Source: Piromyces finnis finn
Lineage: Eukaryota; Fungi; Neocallimastigomycota
Assembly: GCA_002104945.1 (NCBI GenBank)
Contig: MCFH01000065.1
Span: forward strand, 227,491 to 291,490
Length of the DNA stretch: 64,000 nucleotides
Direction: 5' to 3'
The position numbers and the translations under genes are program-made. The notes beneath the pieces were generated by a model. That model searched no databases, had not been told where the DNA came from, and worked only from the letters and a program-made list of their open reading frames with translations. This document shows positions 21,246 through 35,507 of this stretch, piece by piece. Every line of letters starts with the position of its first letter. Positions within the stretch are counted from its first letter, which is position 1.

Positions 21246-21831
21246 TGATATGAAACTCATATGTCTAGCTACATATTAGCCAATATTTAAAATAATTTTT
21301 ATTATTTAAAATATTCAATTTCATATTTAAAAATTTATATATAATATTTCATAATAATAATAATATAATAATTGATACATTATGTATATATTAATTATAG
21401 AATTCATGTACATATTTCATTACATTCTTAAATATTAATATTATATATTAGTATTTGTTCATTATTAAATGTAGAGTTACATTTTATTGTAATACTTATT
21501 TGTATTACATTACCTTTCCTTATATAGTAATATTTCATATAAAATGTAAAATATATTATACTATATCCGATTTAATTATTATTCATATATTATGAATACA
21601 TTACATTATATAATCAATTATATGTAAAGGAATTTTATAATATAAAAATATTCATGTAAAAATAATTAATAATTAGAAAGAGAAGAGTTTTAATAATTAA
21701 TAAGAAAATATTATAAGTGAAATTACTAATAAGAGAGAAGTTAATAATAGTAATAAAGTATTTTCACCTAATATAATAAATTATAAATAAACTAATATTA
21801 AATGCCTACAACATAAAAGAAACATATATCA
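21246..21831 (+). repeat. LTR type C, probably the 3' LTR of the integrase-fragment element
   Basis: TGATATG...ATATCA termini, homologous to 38369-38821. Preceded by purine-rich AGCAGGGAAG and lies downstream of the integrase fragment. Confidence 0.75.
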
Positions 21832-22607
21832 AAACACATATCATAGTTCATATCACAGGTTAAGTTTGAATTATTTTATATTAATTAGAGTTTGATAAAA
21901 ATTTAATACTAGTTTATTAAAATTTACTAAAAAATTTTTTATTAATCATTTAAATTTTGAAATTAGCCAAAAGTCTTTATACTTTATGAATATAAAAATC
22001 AAAAATTTTAATTGGAATTTGGACCAGACATAAAATAGTGATTAATATGAATGTCATTAAAATATAGACATTATATTAGCCAACATTGAATATTTTGATT
22101 ACAACAACTTTTATAATATGAACATTCTTTACATCAAATTTAAATCTATATTTAATACGGTCAATACAAAAAAATCCATGTAAAAGAGAAATAATATGTA
22201 ATATAATAAAATAAAAGCATATAAACGGACATACAATTTTTATAATTTTTATCTTTTATTAAATTGTGTATATAAAACATGGAAAACTTATGTATATTTA
22301 ATACAATAAAAACTATATTATTAAATAACACTTTATTATAATATTATTATAATCTAATATGTAAGTTATTAATGTCTTATAAATGATTATTAAATAAGTA
22401 ATTACAATGAATTTATGAAAAATTTTAATAAATATATATTATAAATACGACTAATTACAATGAAAATCCATTGTATATGATATTATTAGAACATGTGATT
22501 TATTCATACATTATTAATTATAAGTTAGGAAATATATAAAATATATAAAAAGTTTGATTAAAATGTTATTGTTATATAGCTTATATATATATATATTTTT
22601 TCATCAC

Positions 22608-23816
22608 TTATATAGGTTGAACACTTTTCTTTGTCTTATTTTTAGCTCTTTTTTTATTAAGATAATCTGCAATATATTTTAATTGAGTTGTATTATTTGT
22701 TTCCTTTTTCTTTTTCTTTTCTTGTTGTTGTTTTTCCATTTCCATTTCTGTATCCATAGCTGCAAACATAAATAATTTGAATTCATTATAATTCATTTCC
22801 TAATTTTTTTATTATTTTATATTTAAAATAGAAATTTTCAAAATGAACAACAAATATATTTTAATAATAAACATAAATTATTTTCAATATCAGTAATTAT
22901 TATTTTGTTAAAAAAAAAAAAAAAGAATAGTACTCTTGTTCCTGAGACATCAAATTCAGCAAAAATTTTATCAACGGCTCTTGAACCAAAATTAAATAAT
23001 ACCCCAAGAGTTTCAAATTCTTTTTTTGATACAGATTTTGAACCATCTTCATCAAGTAATTCAAAACAGGTACTCCAATGTCTATACATAAATTGCTTTG
23101 CTTCGTTATTCTATATTAAATATTAATTTTAATAGCATAATATTTAAATATAAATAATAAATAATATTTAAAAGTAATATACATTTCAATATAACTACAT
23201 TAATTTCAGTCTAATTCAGATATTACATAATATTTATATAAAGAAAATATATTTTATCTACTTATATATTATTTTAGATATTATTGTAATTAACATACAT
23301 TTACAGCAACAAGAATACAAACCAATAGATAAAACTGTTATTTTTAATAGTTCAGCACATTTTAATTATTTTTGAATAATTATAATTTATTTTTATCAAA
23401 ATTTTGATAAGTAATTATATAATAATAATTTTTATATATTATATGTATATATATTTTTTTTAAAAATATTTTTTACTTCATCAAATTCAACACTACCACT
23501 TCGATCTAAATCAAAAATATAAAAAATTTTTTCTATATGTGACTGTGATAAATTAGTTGTACTTTGTAGAAAACTAGTAAATTGAATATCATCTAAAGCC
23601 CCAGTTCCTCTAAAATCAATTAACTTAAACAATTCATACACAACTTGAGCAGATTGAACATTTAAAACCCCTTAATATTTCATTCAATACAGCATGGTAT
23701 AAATAAATATTAATAAATTGTTTATATATATATATATATTGTGTACAACAACTATATAATTTACCATACTTTGGATCTAAATGTAAATGATTTAACAATT
23801 TTGACATAACTTTCAT
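22608..23816 (-). CDS. EFCAB9: EF-hand Ca2+-binding protein, EFCAB9-like (5 exons: 23816-23765, 23670-23477, 23334-23299, 23110-22934, 22799-22608; about 216 aa)
   Basis: GT-AG introns keep the frame (651 nt). Product: MKVMSKLLNHLHLDPKYGVLNVQSAQVVYELFKLIDFRG...DLDRSGSVEFDEFYLLVCILVAVNNNEAKQFMYRHWSTCFELLDEDG...LFNF...FDVSGTREMNYNEFKLF. This is collinear with vertebrate EFCAB9 motifs as I recall them (LYLDKIY, FYMLVCML, QFMYRH, LFNI, LNYQEFKL). Confidence 0.8.
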
Positions 23817-25734
23817 TGTGAATATATAAACTATATTTTAATTACAGTATATTTAATATATTTGAAAATAGAAACACTCATTATTAAAATAAATAAATTA
23901 AAAAATAAATAAATGAAATAATAAATAAATTATTAAAGTACTTAACATAAAAATAATTTAAGGTATTTAAAGTTTTTACTTTTGTTTTTATTTTAACTTT
24001 TTTTTTTTTTATATATATAATAAAAAATAATACTTTTACAAATATTAATTATTACTATTTTTATTAATTCATTGACTTTTTTTTTTTTTTGAAACTTTTT
24101 TTTTCTATCGATAATGATACAAATAATTAAAACTACTTTTATTTTCTATTAAAATATAAATGTTTTGTTTTATTTTATTAAACATTATTATTCAATTAGT
24201 TAATTATTCTAAACTACTTTTAAAAAAAAAAAAAAAAGAAGATAAAATTTATATATTTAATATATTAAATAAATATATCTTTACAACAAAAATAGTAACT
24301 TTGTCGTTTATAATTAAATAATTAATGTCGATATAATATGCTTGATTGACAAAGTTCATTTATATAAATTTAATAAATATATTATTTATATATATTTTTT
24401 AACTTTTATAAAGCTAAAACTTTAAATATTTTTAGTAACTCAATACATGCCAATATTAAGTTTTTATTAAAATAAAAATATTAATTTCTTTTATTAGTTT
24501 TATACCTTTAATAAAAAAAAAAGTATATTTAAGTAGTGTAATTCCCACTTTTTTTTTTTTTTTTTGATATTTAATAAATTATCTTTAAACTTATTTAATA
24601 AAAATGGTGGAAAAATTAAATAGAAATTAATTTAAAATATTAGGTTATATGGAATAAATAAACTTTTTCAAATATATAATATATTAAATAGTTTAATAAC
24701 TTTAGCGTAGTTTTAAATTATTCTTGTTTACAATTAAAAAAAAAAAAAAAAGATCATTACCCAAATATGATTTTATTAGACGATTTAAATATAACAAATT
24801 CATTTCATTAAAAAATAAAAAAGTATAAAATACAATAATACTATTAAACCTTTTGTATCATTTATCCTTTATATTACCTTTTTATTTTTGTTTTTAAAAA
24901 AAAAAAAAAAAAAAAATACGTATTATAATAAAATAATGTTTAGAACATAAGAACGTAATCATCATTTATTTCTTCCATCTTTAATTACATAAGAAATATT
25001 ATTTATTATATTTCTTATATTTAAAAAAAAAAAGAACTCCGAAATTATTTCTATTTTATTACTCTAAAAAGAATAAAGCATGTAAAAAAAATTAAATCTA
25101 ACTGTCTTTATGCATTATTATGTTTTTAATCATTTATAAATATTTTCTTTGAGTAATTCTTTTATCCCGTTAAAATCAATATATACAATGTTTTTAAATT
25201 TCTTATACTTTTAATTTTTTTTTAGAATTATTGAAAACATGAGATTAAGAAAAAATATAATTCCTTTTAAACTTTCACTTTTTTTATAAACCTATTATCA
25301 ATATCAAAAATTTGTTTCTTTCTTCTCCAGGATCGAGGATCTGTCGATATAGTTTTATAATTTTTTTTTAAAAAAATAAATTTATTTCATATTGATGAAA
25401 TCAAATTGAATATAAAATGGAAAGAGAAGAAAGCTTGTCTTTTCGAAGCAATTCCTGTAGGTATTCAATTGTAATTTCAAAATTTTAATTATATTTTTTT
25501 TTTTTTTTTAATTTCAAAAATTACAATAAAGCTTTTAAATAGCATTTTCTTATCAAAAAGGAAAAATTATATAAAGGATAATAATAATAATAATATGTTT
25601 TTTAAAAAAAAAATATACAAGAATAAATAAATAATTATTTTTTGTTTTTTTAAAAAAAAAAAATTGTATACATTAAAAATCATCTTAAAAATTCACATTC
25701 TTATTAATCCAGAAAAAAATGAATAAATCTTATA

Positions 25735-25766
<32 letters not shown>

Positions 25767-26727
25767 GGAAAATAAATAAAATTCATAGTATGCAAATGAG
25801 CTTCAGAGAATGTTCCGTAGAAATCAAGTTCACTCTTCTTCTCTATCGGCACATTCGCTACATCAGATATTAATGAATAAATTAGAATATTTTAAAAAAA
25901 AAAAAAAAAAAAAAGCATTGGTCTATGTATCTATTGTATCAAAGATCTTTATAACTTTTGGAATGAGAATTTTTAAGATGATTTTTAATGGATATAGAAG
26001 TTTTTAAAGAAAATAAAAAATAATCATATACTACATACCCTATTTGTTTTAAAATCTCTTTATTCTTATGATATAAAAATTTTTTTATTTTATTTTTCTT
26101 CTTCTAGATCAAGTGTAATAATTTTTTTTATTATTATTATTATTATTAATCATGGTTTCTGTATAATAAATTATTTAAAAAAAAAAAAAAAAAAAAAAAA
26201 AATAGTAGTAATAAGATTGAAATTCTTTATTATTTATATTTATTATTTTATTCTCATTAATATAAATATATAGATTAAAAAATATATATATATTTTGTTA
26301 ATATATGATTATATCCGTTCAAAGTATAAAGATACTTGAGATTCATTATTTTCTGAATAAAAAAATATTTTACACCAGTACATTATACATACACATACTA
26401 TATTCTTGTAAATTATATATAAAATATATCAATAAAATAATTATTTATTTTTAATATAAACTTTTTTTTTATTTTTTCATTAACTTATTAATACTATTTA
26501 TTTCTTATAAAAAAAAACTTTAAAGTTTAAAAAAACTACTAGATAAAGAATTATTTCTATTTTATTTTCTATTTTGCTTTTTGTTTTGTTTTGTTTTGCT
26601 TTGTTTTGTTTTCTATTCTAATCTATTTATTATTTTCATTTGAAAACTGTTTAAAAATAATATTTGTCTAATATAAAAACATTAAATTTAAAAAAAGGTA
26701 AATTTTTACATTATAAATGATTTAATT

Positions 26728-26764
<37 letters not shown>

Positions 26765-27032
26765 GAATGACATCAGACAATTAATTTTTTTAAAAATATA
26801 ATAATATTATTAGAATATTAGTGTCTTCGTCAAAATTAATAATTATCTTTTTTACTTTTTTTGTTGTTGTTGTACTCATTTGATGAGAAATATTATTTTT
26901 TTTAATATTTATAAAGTAAAAGACTATTAAATGTATAAATAAACAAAAAGATATAACATACATATAAAAGTCTTTCCCAAAATATTTACCATTTTAGTAC
27001 ACCGTTTTTTAATATAAATTTCTCATATAAAT

Positions 27033-27917
27033 TTAAACAAGAATGAATATGACTGTTGCTATAGTAACTAATAGTATACTATCACTTAGTTTGAAACTGG
27101 TAGCATTACTTTTATTATCTTCATTAAAAAAACATTTGCCGGATTTTAAGTATTCTGATGTTTTACTCAATATATTTTCTTGATTAACACCTTCTACTGT
27201 AAAAGTAAATTTTACTCTTGGGTCAAGTATTGGAACATCTCTAGTAACACCCAATAATTTAATGATACCTGCCACTTGATTTTTAAAATCTTCAAATTCT
27301 ATTTTAAGTTTATTAAAATCATTTTCGAATTCAAGCGTAGTATCAATACATGTTTTTGATTTACAAGTGGCATTAACGGCATCATTATATTTTTTAATAA
27401 CTTCTTCTTCATTAGAAGAAGTTTGTTGACTTGTTTCGTTTATTAATTGAGTGGAAAGACTACTTAATGGACAATATTGATTAGATTCATCTTTAGCACA
27501 CTGCATTTTTAAGGAAACATAATTAGTTTCTACTATAAATTTTTTAATTTTTAATAAAAGATCGTCTAAATCTTTACAACCATCCAATGATTCCATACCA
27601 TTATTGAAAAGGTGTTGACATTTTTCGGCGTTAAAAGTACGACAAATAACATCTTTATTATTTTGATCAATTTCAATAGTACCTATTAAACATTCTTTAT
27701 AATTTATAAGTGAATTTTCACATTTTTCATTTGTATTTATACCGAGGTAACTTAAATCTATATTAGAAAGTTGAGATAAATCAAAATTTTGAACATCTGG
27801 AATATTTTTTTGGTTGGTATTAATATTCAATTCTATTTCTTGTCTTTTTACTGGAATAGAATAAGTAAAAACTGAAGTAGTTGTAAGTATAGTTAATAAC
27901 TTTTTTATAAATTTCAT
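27033..27917 (-). CDS. Secreted, probably GPI-anchored cysteine-rich surface protein (294 aa)
   Basis: N-terminal signal-like segment, spaced Cys residues (C..KDE.NQYCP, CKSKTC), and a C-terminal small-residue site followed by a hydrophobic tail (SNATS...ILLVTIATVIFILV). Confidence 0.85.
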   Translation of the reverse strand: MKFIKKLLTILTTTSVFTYSIPVKRQEIELNINTNQKNIPDVQNFDLSQLSNIDLSYLGINTNEKCENSLINYKECLIGTIEIDQNNKDVICRTFNAEKCQHLFNNGMESLDGCKDLDDLLLKIKKFIVETNYVSLKMQCAKDESNQYCPLSSLSTQLINETSQQTSSNEEEVIKKYNDAVNATCKSKTCIDTTLEFENDFNKLKIEFEDFKNQVAGIIKLLGVTRDVPILDPRVKFTFTVEGVNQENILSKTSEYLKSGKCFFNEDNKSNATSFKLSDSILLVTIATVIFILV

Positions 27918-28360
27918 TTTCTATTTATTTATTGATTTGTTTATTCCTTTATGGGTTCTTTGTTTAAATCTTTATTTGTTTTTTATTTTTATACTTTTAA
28001 CCCTTTAGGTTTCAAAAAAAAAAGATTTTCTTTTTTTCTTTAAATTTTTTTTTTAATATTTTAAATTAAATTGGATAACGAATAGTTTTTTTATTTTCCT
28101 TTTTTTTAACATTCAATGTTACACAAATATTAAAAAATTTACAAAAAATAATCATACATACATTTTATTAATTATTATTAATTATATGTATTAATGTAAT
28201 GATGTAATACATTAAAATATTAATAAATTTAATATAGCAAAAAAAAAAATTAAAAATTTTATAAAAAAATAAATTTATCTATTTTATTAATTGTATACAT
28301 TAATATAATAATGTAATACATTAATACATTAGAAAGAAACTTTTCAAAATAAAAAAAATA

Positions 28361-28398
<38 letters not shown>

Positions 28399-31300
28399 CT
28401 ATTTCTATTTTTTTTCTTAATTTTATTTCTATTTTAAAAGAAAACTAAAAAGAGTTTTATCATTAAAAGAGATATGTTGGTTGAGAATAAAGAATCTTTT
28501 ACCATTATATACTTCATTGTGATGTATCTTTATTTTAAATATATATAATATATATTTTTATTTTTATTCTTTATTTTTATATCATTATAAAAAGTACTTT
28601 TTCTATAATTATTGAATTTACATCTGAAAGAATTGTTATATAATATACTTTTTTTTTTTTTAGTTTTTTATGTTTAAGACTATAAAAAATGTAAAAATAT
28701 TTTTTATATAATCAACAATTAAAAAATAAAAGAATAATGTGTATGTATATTGAAATAAAACAGTAATTAATATAAGATAAAAAATAATTTATTTCCATAT
28801 TTGAAGGGTTAGTTTATATATTATCATATTATCATTAATATTTTAAAATTTTATATAAAATTTATGAAAACAAGCATTAATATATTTTTGTTAATGTTAA
28901 CATAATCTAATCCTAATTCTAATAAAATACTTTTTTCTAAAAATAAAAAAAAAAATTATTTGATATCAAACTATAATAAAAAGTTTTGCATTTTTAACGC
29001 TATACATAACAACATAACACATATTTTCTTTTAAAATTTATATCTTTATTACATTATTTCTACTACAAAATAAGTTGTTGAATGCATGTTTATATTCAAA
29101 AATAAAGTATTTATTAATAATAATAATAAAAAAAAGAATTTATTTAGAGGCATTACCTTTTCTATTTTTCATTTATAACAAAGACTTTTTATTTATTAAT
29201 ATAAATTTTATTAAAAAAGTAATTTCTTCATGTTTATCTTTTTTTTTTTTTATTGGAATAGTAATCAAAATATTTACCAACATAACATATAATACTTTTT
29301 TTAATAAAATAATTTAAACCGTTTTCTAACATATTATTCTGATGTTCAACAAAACTATTAGTCTATTCAATCTCACTTATTTCTATAGAGTGGATTTAAA
29401 AGTAAAAAAACTTTGATCTAAATTTTAAAAATATTTTTCTATTACAATACGCAAACAATGAGATACATTCAAGATAAATTAATGTATCTTTTTTTGTATC
29501 TTTTAAAGATATTTATATATATATATAAAATAAGGTTTTTATATACAAATAGAAAATATATATATAAATGTGATTTTTTATGGTTGTTTAAAATGAAAAA
29601 ATTACACTTTTATACTTTTAATCTTTTTTTTTTTTTTAAATAAAAAATAGTGAATATTATTAATGTATATGCCTTCTAACTTCATTTTTACGGCCAATAC
29701 AAAATATCAATCAAAAGAACAAATCACGATGAATCACATTATTTCAAATAAGGCAAGTATTGTTTCAAAATTGTAAAAGGTCAATAAAAGTGGAGGGTGA
29801 TATTTTTTTTTTATTATTTTTTTTTATTAAAAAAAAAAAAGTAATGTCATCATGATAATAATATAAATTTAATATAATTAAATCTTGTAATATTTTTTTT
29901 AATAAAACTTTAATTATACATTTTATATATATAATAAATAATACTACGATATTTAATCTATAATAACACTCTATTACTACCATAAAATAATTGTTTAATA
30001 AATCATCATTATCATTATCAATATCAACATACTATAAAACAATTCAATGATACATATCATATCTTTATTGTTTCAAAAATATATATATATGATAATATTA
30101 TTTTTTTAAAAAACAAAAACATTCCAATACCCATTCCTTTTTTTTTTATATATATAAATAAATAAATAGTCTTTTTTATAATTATTTATAAATTATTAGT
30201 TTTAGCCTTTTTTCAAACTGAACTTTTAACTTTTTCTTTTAATAGATTAGTTTTATTTGTTAAAATTTTTATTTATAATTTAAAATTTAAAAAATAATAA
30301 TTAATATTTTTTTAATTATATATAAATAAAGTAACTTTTTTTAATTAAAGGAATAAATTTAAAATAAAAAAAAAACACCACCCATTTTTTTATTATAAAC
30401 TGTTATTTATAAATAAATTTTTTATTCTTGTTAAAGTAATGTAAATCTAAACTTTATTTGATACACTATGAGTCATCAATTCATTTATATTTAATATAAA
30501 TAAATTAAATTTAATTATTAAAATAAAATGTAAATATCTCCCATTTATAGTTTTCTTTTTTTGGATATTGTATCCAAAATTGATTTTCACTTTAAGTTTT
30601 TTTTATTTAGTTATTCATTTGATTCACGATGATAATTATTAATTATTAATTAATCATATTAATTCATAATAATAATTTATTATAAATTATGAGATAGAAT
30701 CAATTAATAGACGATCTATAGGATTCATCATCTGGTAATATATTAAATAAATAGGTGGTAATTAAATAAATATTTTTACTACACTTGAAAATCTAGTGTG
30801 ATAAACAATAAATAATAAACAAATATACTGTAATAAATATAAATGATATATACAATACTATACATAGTAATATACAAAGTAATATACCTTTTATTTTTTT
30901 TACTCTATACCAAAATTTTTATTATTTTTTATTAATAAAAAATTATGTGGCTTTTATGGTTTAGATTTCGAGATGCTTTAAATTATGTATCAGATAAAAA
31001 ATAAATGAAACAATTTTTGTATCAAGATAAGGAGTATGTATGTAATTAAAAAGATTACATTATCATCGTAAAAACTGTATCAAAAAAAATTGTATACAAA
31101 GTCATCTTTTTTTTTTTTGTATTATATATTTGTAAATCATCTCTATACCCATCTTTTTTTATAAACCTTCTTTTAAGTATAAAATAATAAGAAGATAATA
31201 AGAATGGTAAAAAAACATAATTTTTTAAATAATAAAAAAATAACATGATTTTTTTTTTGATCGATTCTTTTTTTTGATTTTTTAGATCGCATGATACTTG

Positions 31301-33258
31301 TTTAATCTTTATAAATTAAATTTATAAATCATTAATTTGGGATACATTTTATTTTATTATTTATTTATTATTTTTTTAATATCACCAAAAGAAATTAATT
31401 AAAATTTTATGACTTTATTTATTTTCTATTTTTTCCATTCATTTACTTTTTTCTATGAAATTTTCTTTTTTTTTTTAAAAAAAAAAAAGAGGTCACTTTT
31501 GAAATTATACTCTTTTATATCATTATTAATGTATGGTAATGTTATTTAATAATATATTAATGATTTCTATTGAATTTAATTTTAAATAGACACTTTTTTA
31601 TTTTTTTATTTCTTATATTGTATAATTTATTTTATTTTTTATTTTAATGTTTAATTTAAATTTAATATAAAAAATTCTTTTTTTTCTATTGGTAAAAATT
31701 TCTATTTATTATTTTATTGTTTTTTTTTTATTATATAATTATTAAAATCGATAATTATTATTAAATCGATGATTATTTAATTTTATTATTTATTAATTAA
31801 TTTTATTATTAATTTTATATTATTTAATTCTATGATGAATTATTGGCAATTTCTATTTGACAACCATTAAAGTTTTTTAGTGGTAAAAAAATTATAGGAT
31901 GGTGTGGTGATAGTTTGTTTATACATTTTATATTTTAAATTAAAAAATCATTCACAAGTTTTTTCTAAAAGTGGAAATGTTTTAAATTTATAAAAGAAAC
32001 GGCGAATACTTATACTTTGTATTATGATGAAATGAATGATGTAGGAAGGATAGTAGCTAAGAATTATAAATATTAAAAGTTTATAATTTTTAATTCATAA
32101 AAACCATGATCAAAAATGAATTTAATTATTATTAAAGAGTATTGTTATTAAAAAAGAAGACAAAAGTATAAATTCTTTTTTTACCCAAACTTTAAATGAA
32201 GGATGCATGTAAAATGTTTAAAATGCATTTCAACTATATTATTCATTACTATTTCTTTTTATTTCTTAAAAAAAAGATCATCATTACTGTTATTATTATT
32301 ATTATTTACAATAAAAGGGTAATTTTTAATAATAAATAAAAGGATAACAATAAAAAAGTAAATGAAATTTTTATTTGACCATTGTTTTTTTTTTACCAAA
32401 CAATTAAAAGTGTACACCATCATTAATCAACATCATCTATCATTTTGATACAAATAATAATAATAATAATACCTAGTAATATTAAATAGTTATAGTATTG
32501 CTATTACTGCTACTTCTATTATTATTATGATAATATTATTATTATTACTATTGTATTCCTTTTTATTATTATCTTTTTACCTTTTAAATTGTAGACATTT
32601 TCCTCTTTTTTTAATATATGGATTTTTAATTAATTTTCATACAAAATTTTTTCATCGATAGTAAAAATAACAATATTAAATAATATATAATAGAATATAA
32701 TAGAATATGTTATGCAATATAATATCTATTATAGATTATATATACTAATCAAATATTAATATTAATAAAAATTAATAATATTTTTAATAATAATGAATGT
32801 ATTAATAAATATTAATAAATATTAATAAATCTTATTTATTATTAAGTAATATTAAATAATAATATTAATAATAATTGATGTATTAATAAATTTTAATAAA
32901 TATTAAGTAAGGGTATTAATTTTTATTTATTATTAAATAATAATATTATTAAATATTATTTATTTATTTATTTTTCTATTTATTTATTTAGTTTAAAAAA
33001 AAAAAGTTTATTTTTTTTTTAAAAAAATTTAATTTAAATTTAATATATTAATTTTTTTTAGTTTATAAAGCAAACTTTTTTTCTTTTTTTTTTTATTTTA
33101 TTTTCAAGGTCTTTATTTGATTTATTTTTAAAATATTAAAATATTATTTTTTATCTTTTTTTTTGGTTATCCATTCTATTTATCATTATAAAAATATATA
33201 CAGCATTACCTTTCTATTATAAATTATACTTGCTAAAAAAAAAATAAAGTATAATAAA

Positions 33259-35507
33259 ATGCAAGGAGTTTTAACAACTGAAAAGTAATTGTCTTTTTCT
33301 CCCTACCTATATTTTAGTCAATGGATATATTTTTATTCACTAAAAATTTTTTATATATTTACCATTTTCATTCTATTATCCTTCTAGTTCGTACAATAAA
33401 TACTTTGCAAAACAGATGGAATTTAAAGATCTTGTAAAGAATATCCAATGCACTCTAGAATCAAAATATTACAAGTTACAAGGAGTATCATTTGACGAAT
33501 TTGTCAGAGTTAATTGGAATATATCAAAGTAAGTTTTTTTTTTAATTACTATTATTGTAATTAATTAAAAATTTAAACTTTTTTTTATATTAAAAATTTA
33601 TTATATCATTTTTATATTCTACTCCATAATTTTTAATATATGAATAATTAAATTTTTTAATATATTTTAATTATTTTTAATATAAATTAATAAACTAATA
33701 TATATTATTAACAATAGAGCTCGTAAGTAAAATTGTATACATTTGTATACATTATATATATCCTATACAAAATAATTATTATTCCTACCTTTTTTTTTTT
33801 ATTAAGCCTTTTTTTTTTTTTTTAATTCTATGTCTTTTTAACATCAATAGAGGCTTATCGTTATTTAATTTCTGCCAAGGTATTAGATCAACTTGAAGAA
33901 TTTCAAATTCAACCATGTAAGTATAAGAGTATATTTTGGGTCATTTAAAAGAAATAATAATTAATTTTTTTTTTAAAAAAAAAGGTTATGAAAGATTATG
34001 TAGAACATTATATTCTTTTGCTAAAACACCAAAACAAATGAAACTCTTATGGTCAGCAATTATACAAAAAACTAAAGGAAAGCCTCATTTAATCAATAGT
34101 TCCCATGTAGCCAAGACTTGGAGGGAACTTTGTAAAAATAAGAAATATAATGATATTTGTCATTTTGAAGATAAAATAATGGCAAAAATTGATGAAACCT
34201 TGAAGAATTATTCAAAAAAAATAAAAAGTAAGAATGAAGAAAAGGAAGAAGTAGAAGAAGAAGAAGAAGAGGTCGAGGAAGTTGAAAAAATACAAAATGA
34301 TGAATGTCATTATACCATCAAAAATGAACTCTTTGATAAAAAAGCAAATACAAAGAATGTAAAACAAAATGCTTATTTATCACCCCCAGTAAATGAAATT
34401 TCATATCATGAAGTTCATTCATCTTCAAAAACAACACCGTTATCCACAGTTTATGAATCTTTATCTCCTGTCACTGAAACTTTTTCACCTGTAAGTGAAT
34501 CTTTTTCACCAATAAATCATTACAATGTTACCCCAACAAACTATAGTTTCAGTAGTCATATTAATGCAAATACTAATACCACATTTGTTAAAGTAAATGA
34601 TTCTCAAATGAATCCATATTATATCCAAACTAATAACACAATACAATATACTACTACTACCCCTATCACCACTGATATTACTACGACAGCTATTTCTATT
34701 GAAAAACCTATAGTAGCAACATCAATTCAAAATGGTAGTCATACCACTTCTATCATGACTACTCCAATTAGCAATGGTAATATTATCACAACACCAATTC
34801 AAAATGGTAATCATACCACTTCTATTATGACTACCCCAATCAACGATGATAATAATATTTCAGTCATAACTACACCAATTCAAGATAGTAATAATTCTAT
34901 TATTACTACAGCTTCTATTCACCATGCTCCAAATTCTATGATGACTGCTACACCCATTCCTCAAGTGAATCATCATCCAATAATAGCTACCTCTATAAAC
35001 CATGGAAATAATACTGTTATTACACCAACACCGGTTCAACACCACAATAATAATACCATGATAACTCCAATTCATAATACAAATGTTACCTCACTTCCTA
35101 TTACTGCTACACCTACCGTTTCTAATAGCACAATAATAACTACTCCTATTCCTAATGGTAATACCTCAATTATTACTACATCAATTCCTAATCCTAATCA
35201 TTCAATCATTACCTCTTCCATTCCAAATACCAACACCTCAATAATAACGACTACAATTAACAATGGAAATAATTCTATGATAGCTGCCACCCCTGTTAAC
35301 TCCAATAATACTAATTATAATAATTATTATATCTGTAGTAATAATACTATAAATAGTAATTACAATACCACACTTCCATCATCTAATAATAATATCATTT
35401 CTATTGTAAATAATAATAACACCACCACCCCTAATTTCATTCCAGTTGTAAATAATAATAGTAGCCATAATACGGCGGCTAATAATAATAATATTTATTT
35501 ATTTTAA
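33259..35507 (+). CDS. Spliced hypothetical protein with an N-terminal HTH-like domain and a long Thr/Asn/Ile/Pro low-complexity tail (exons 33259-33284, 33388-33528, 33718-33722, 33851-33916, 33985-35507; about 586 aa)
   Basis: All donors are GTAA(G/T)T, all acceptors are AG, and the phases are consistent only with the 5-nt exon. Spliced product: ...YYKLQGVSFDEFVRVNWNISKAQAYRYLISAKVLDQLEEFQIQPCYERLCRTLYSFAKTPKQMKLLW... Confidence 0.78.

Noticed and set aside
28900-32300. Short ORFs (29075, 29458, 29765, 31055) and small GC-richer patches
   Set aside because: Low-complexity F/I/K/Y composition expected from AT-rich DNA; no consistent splice model found.
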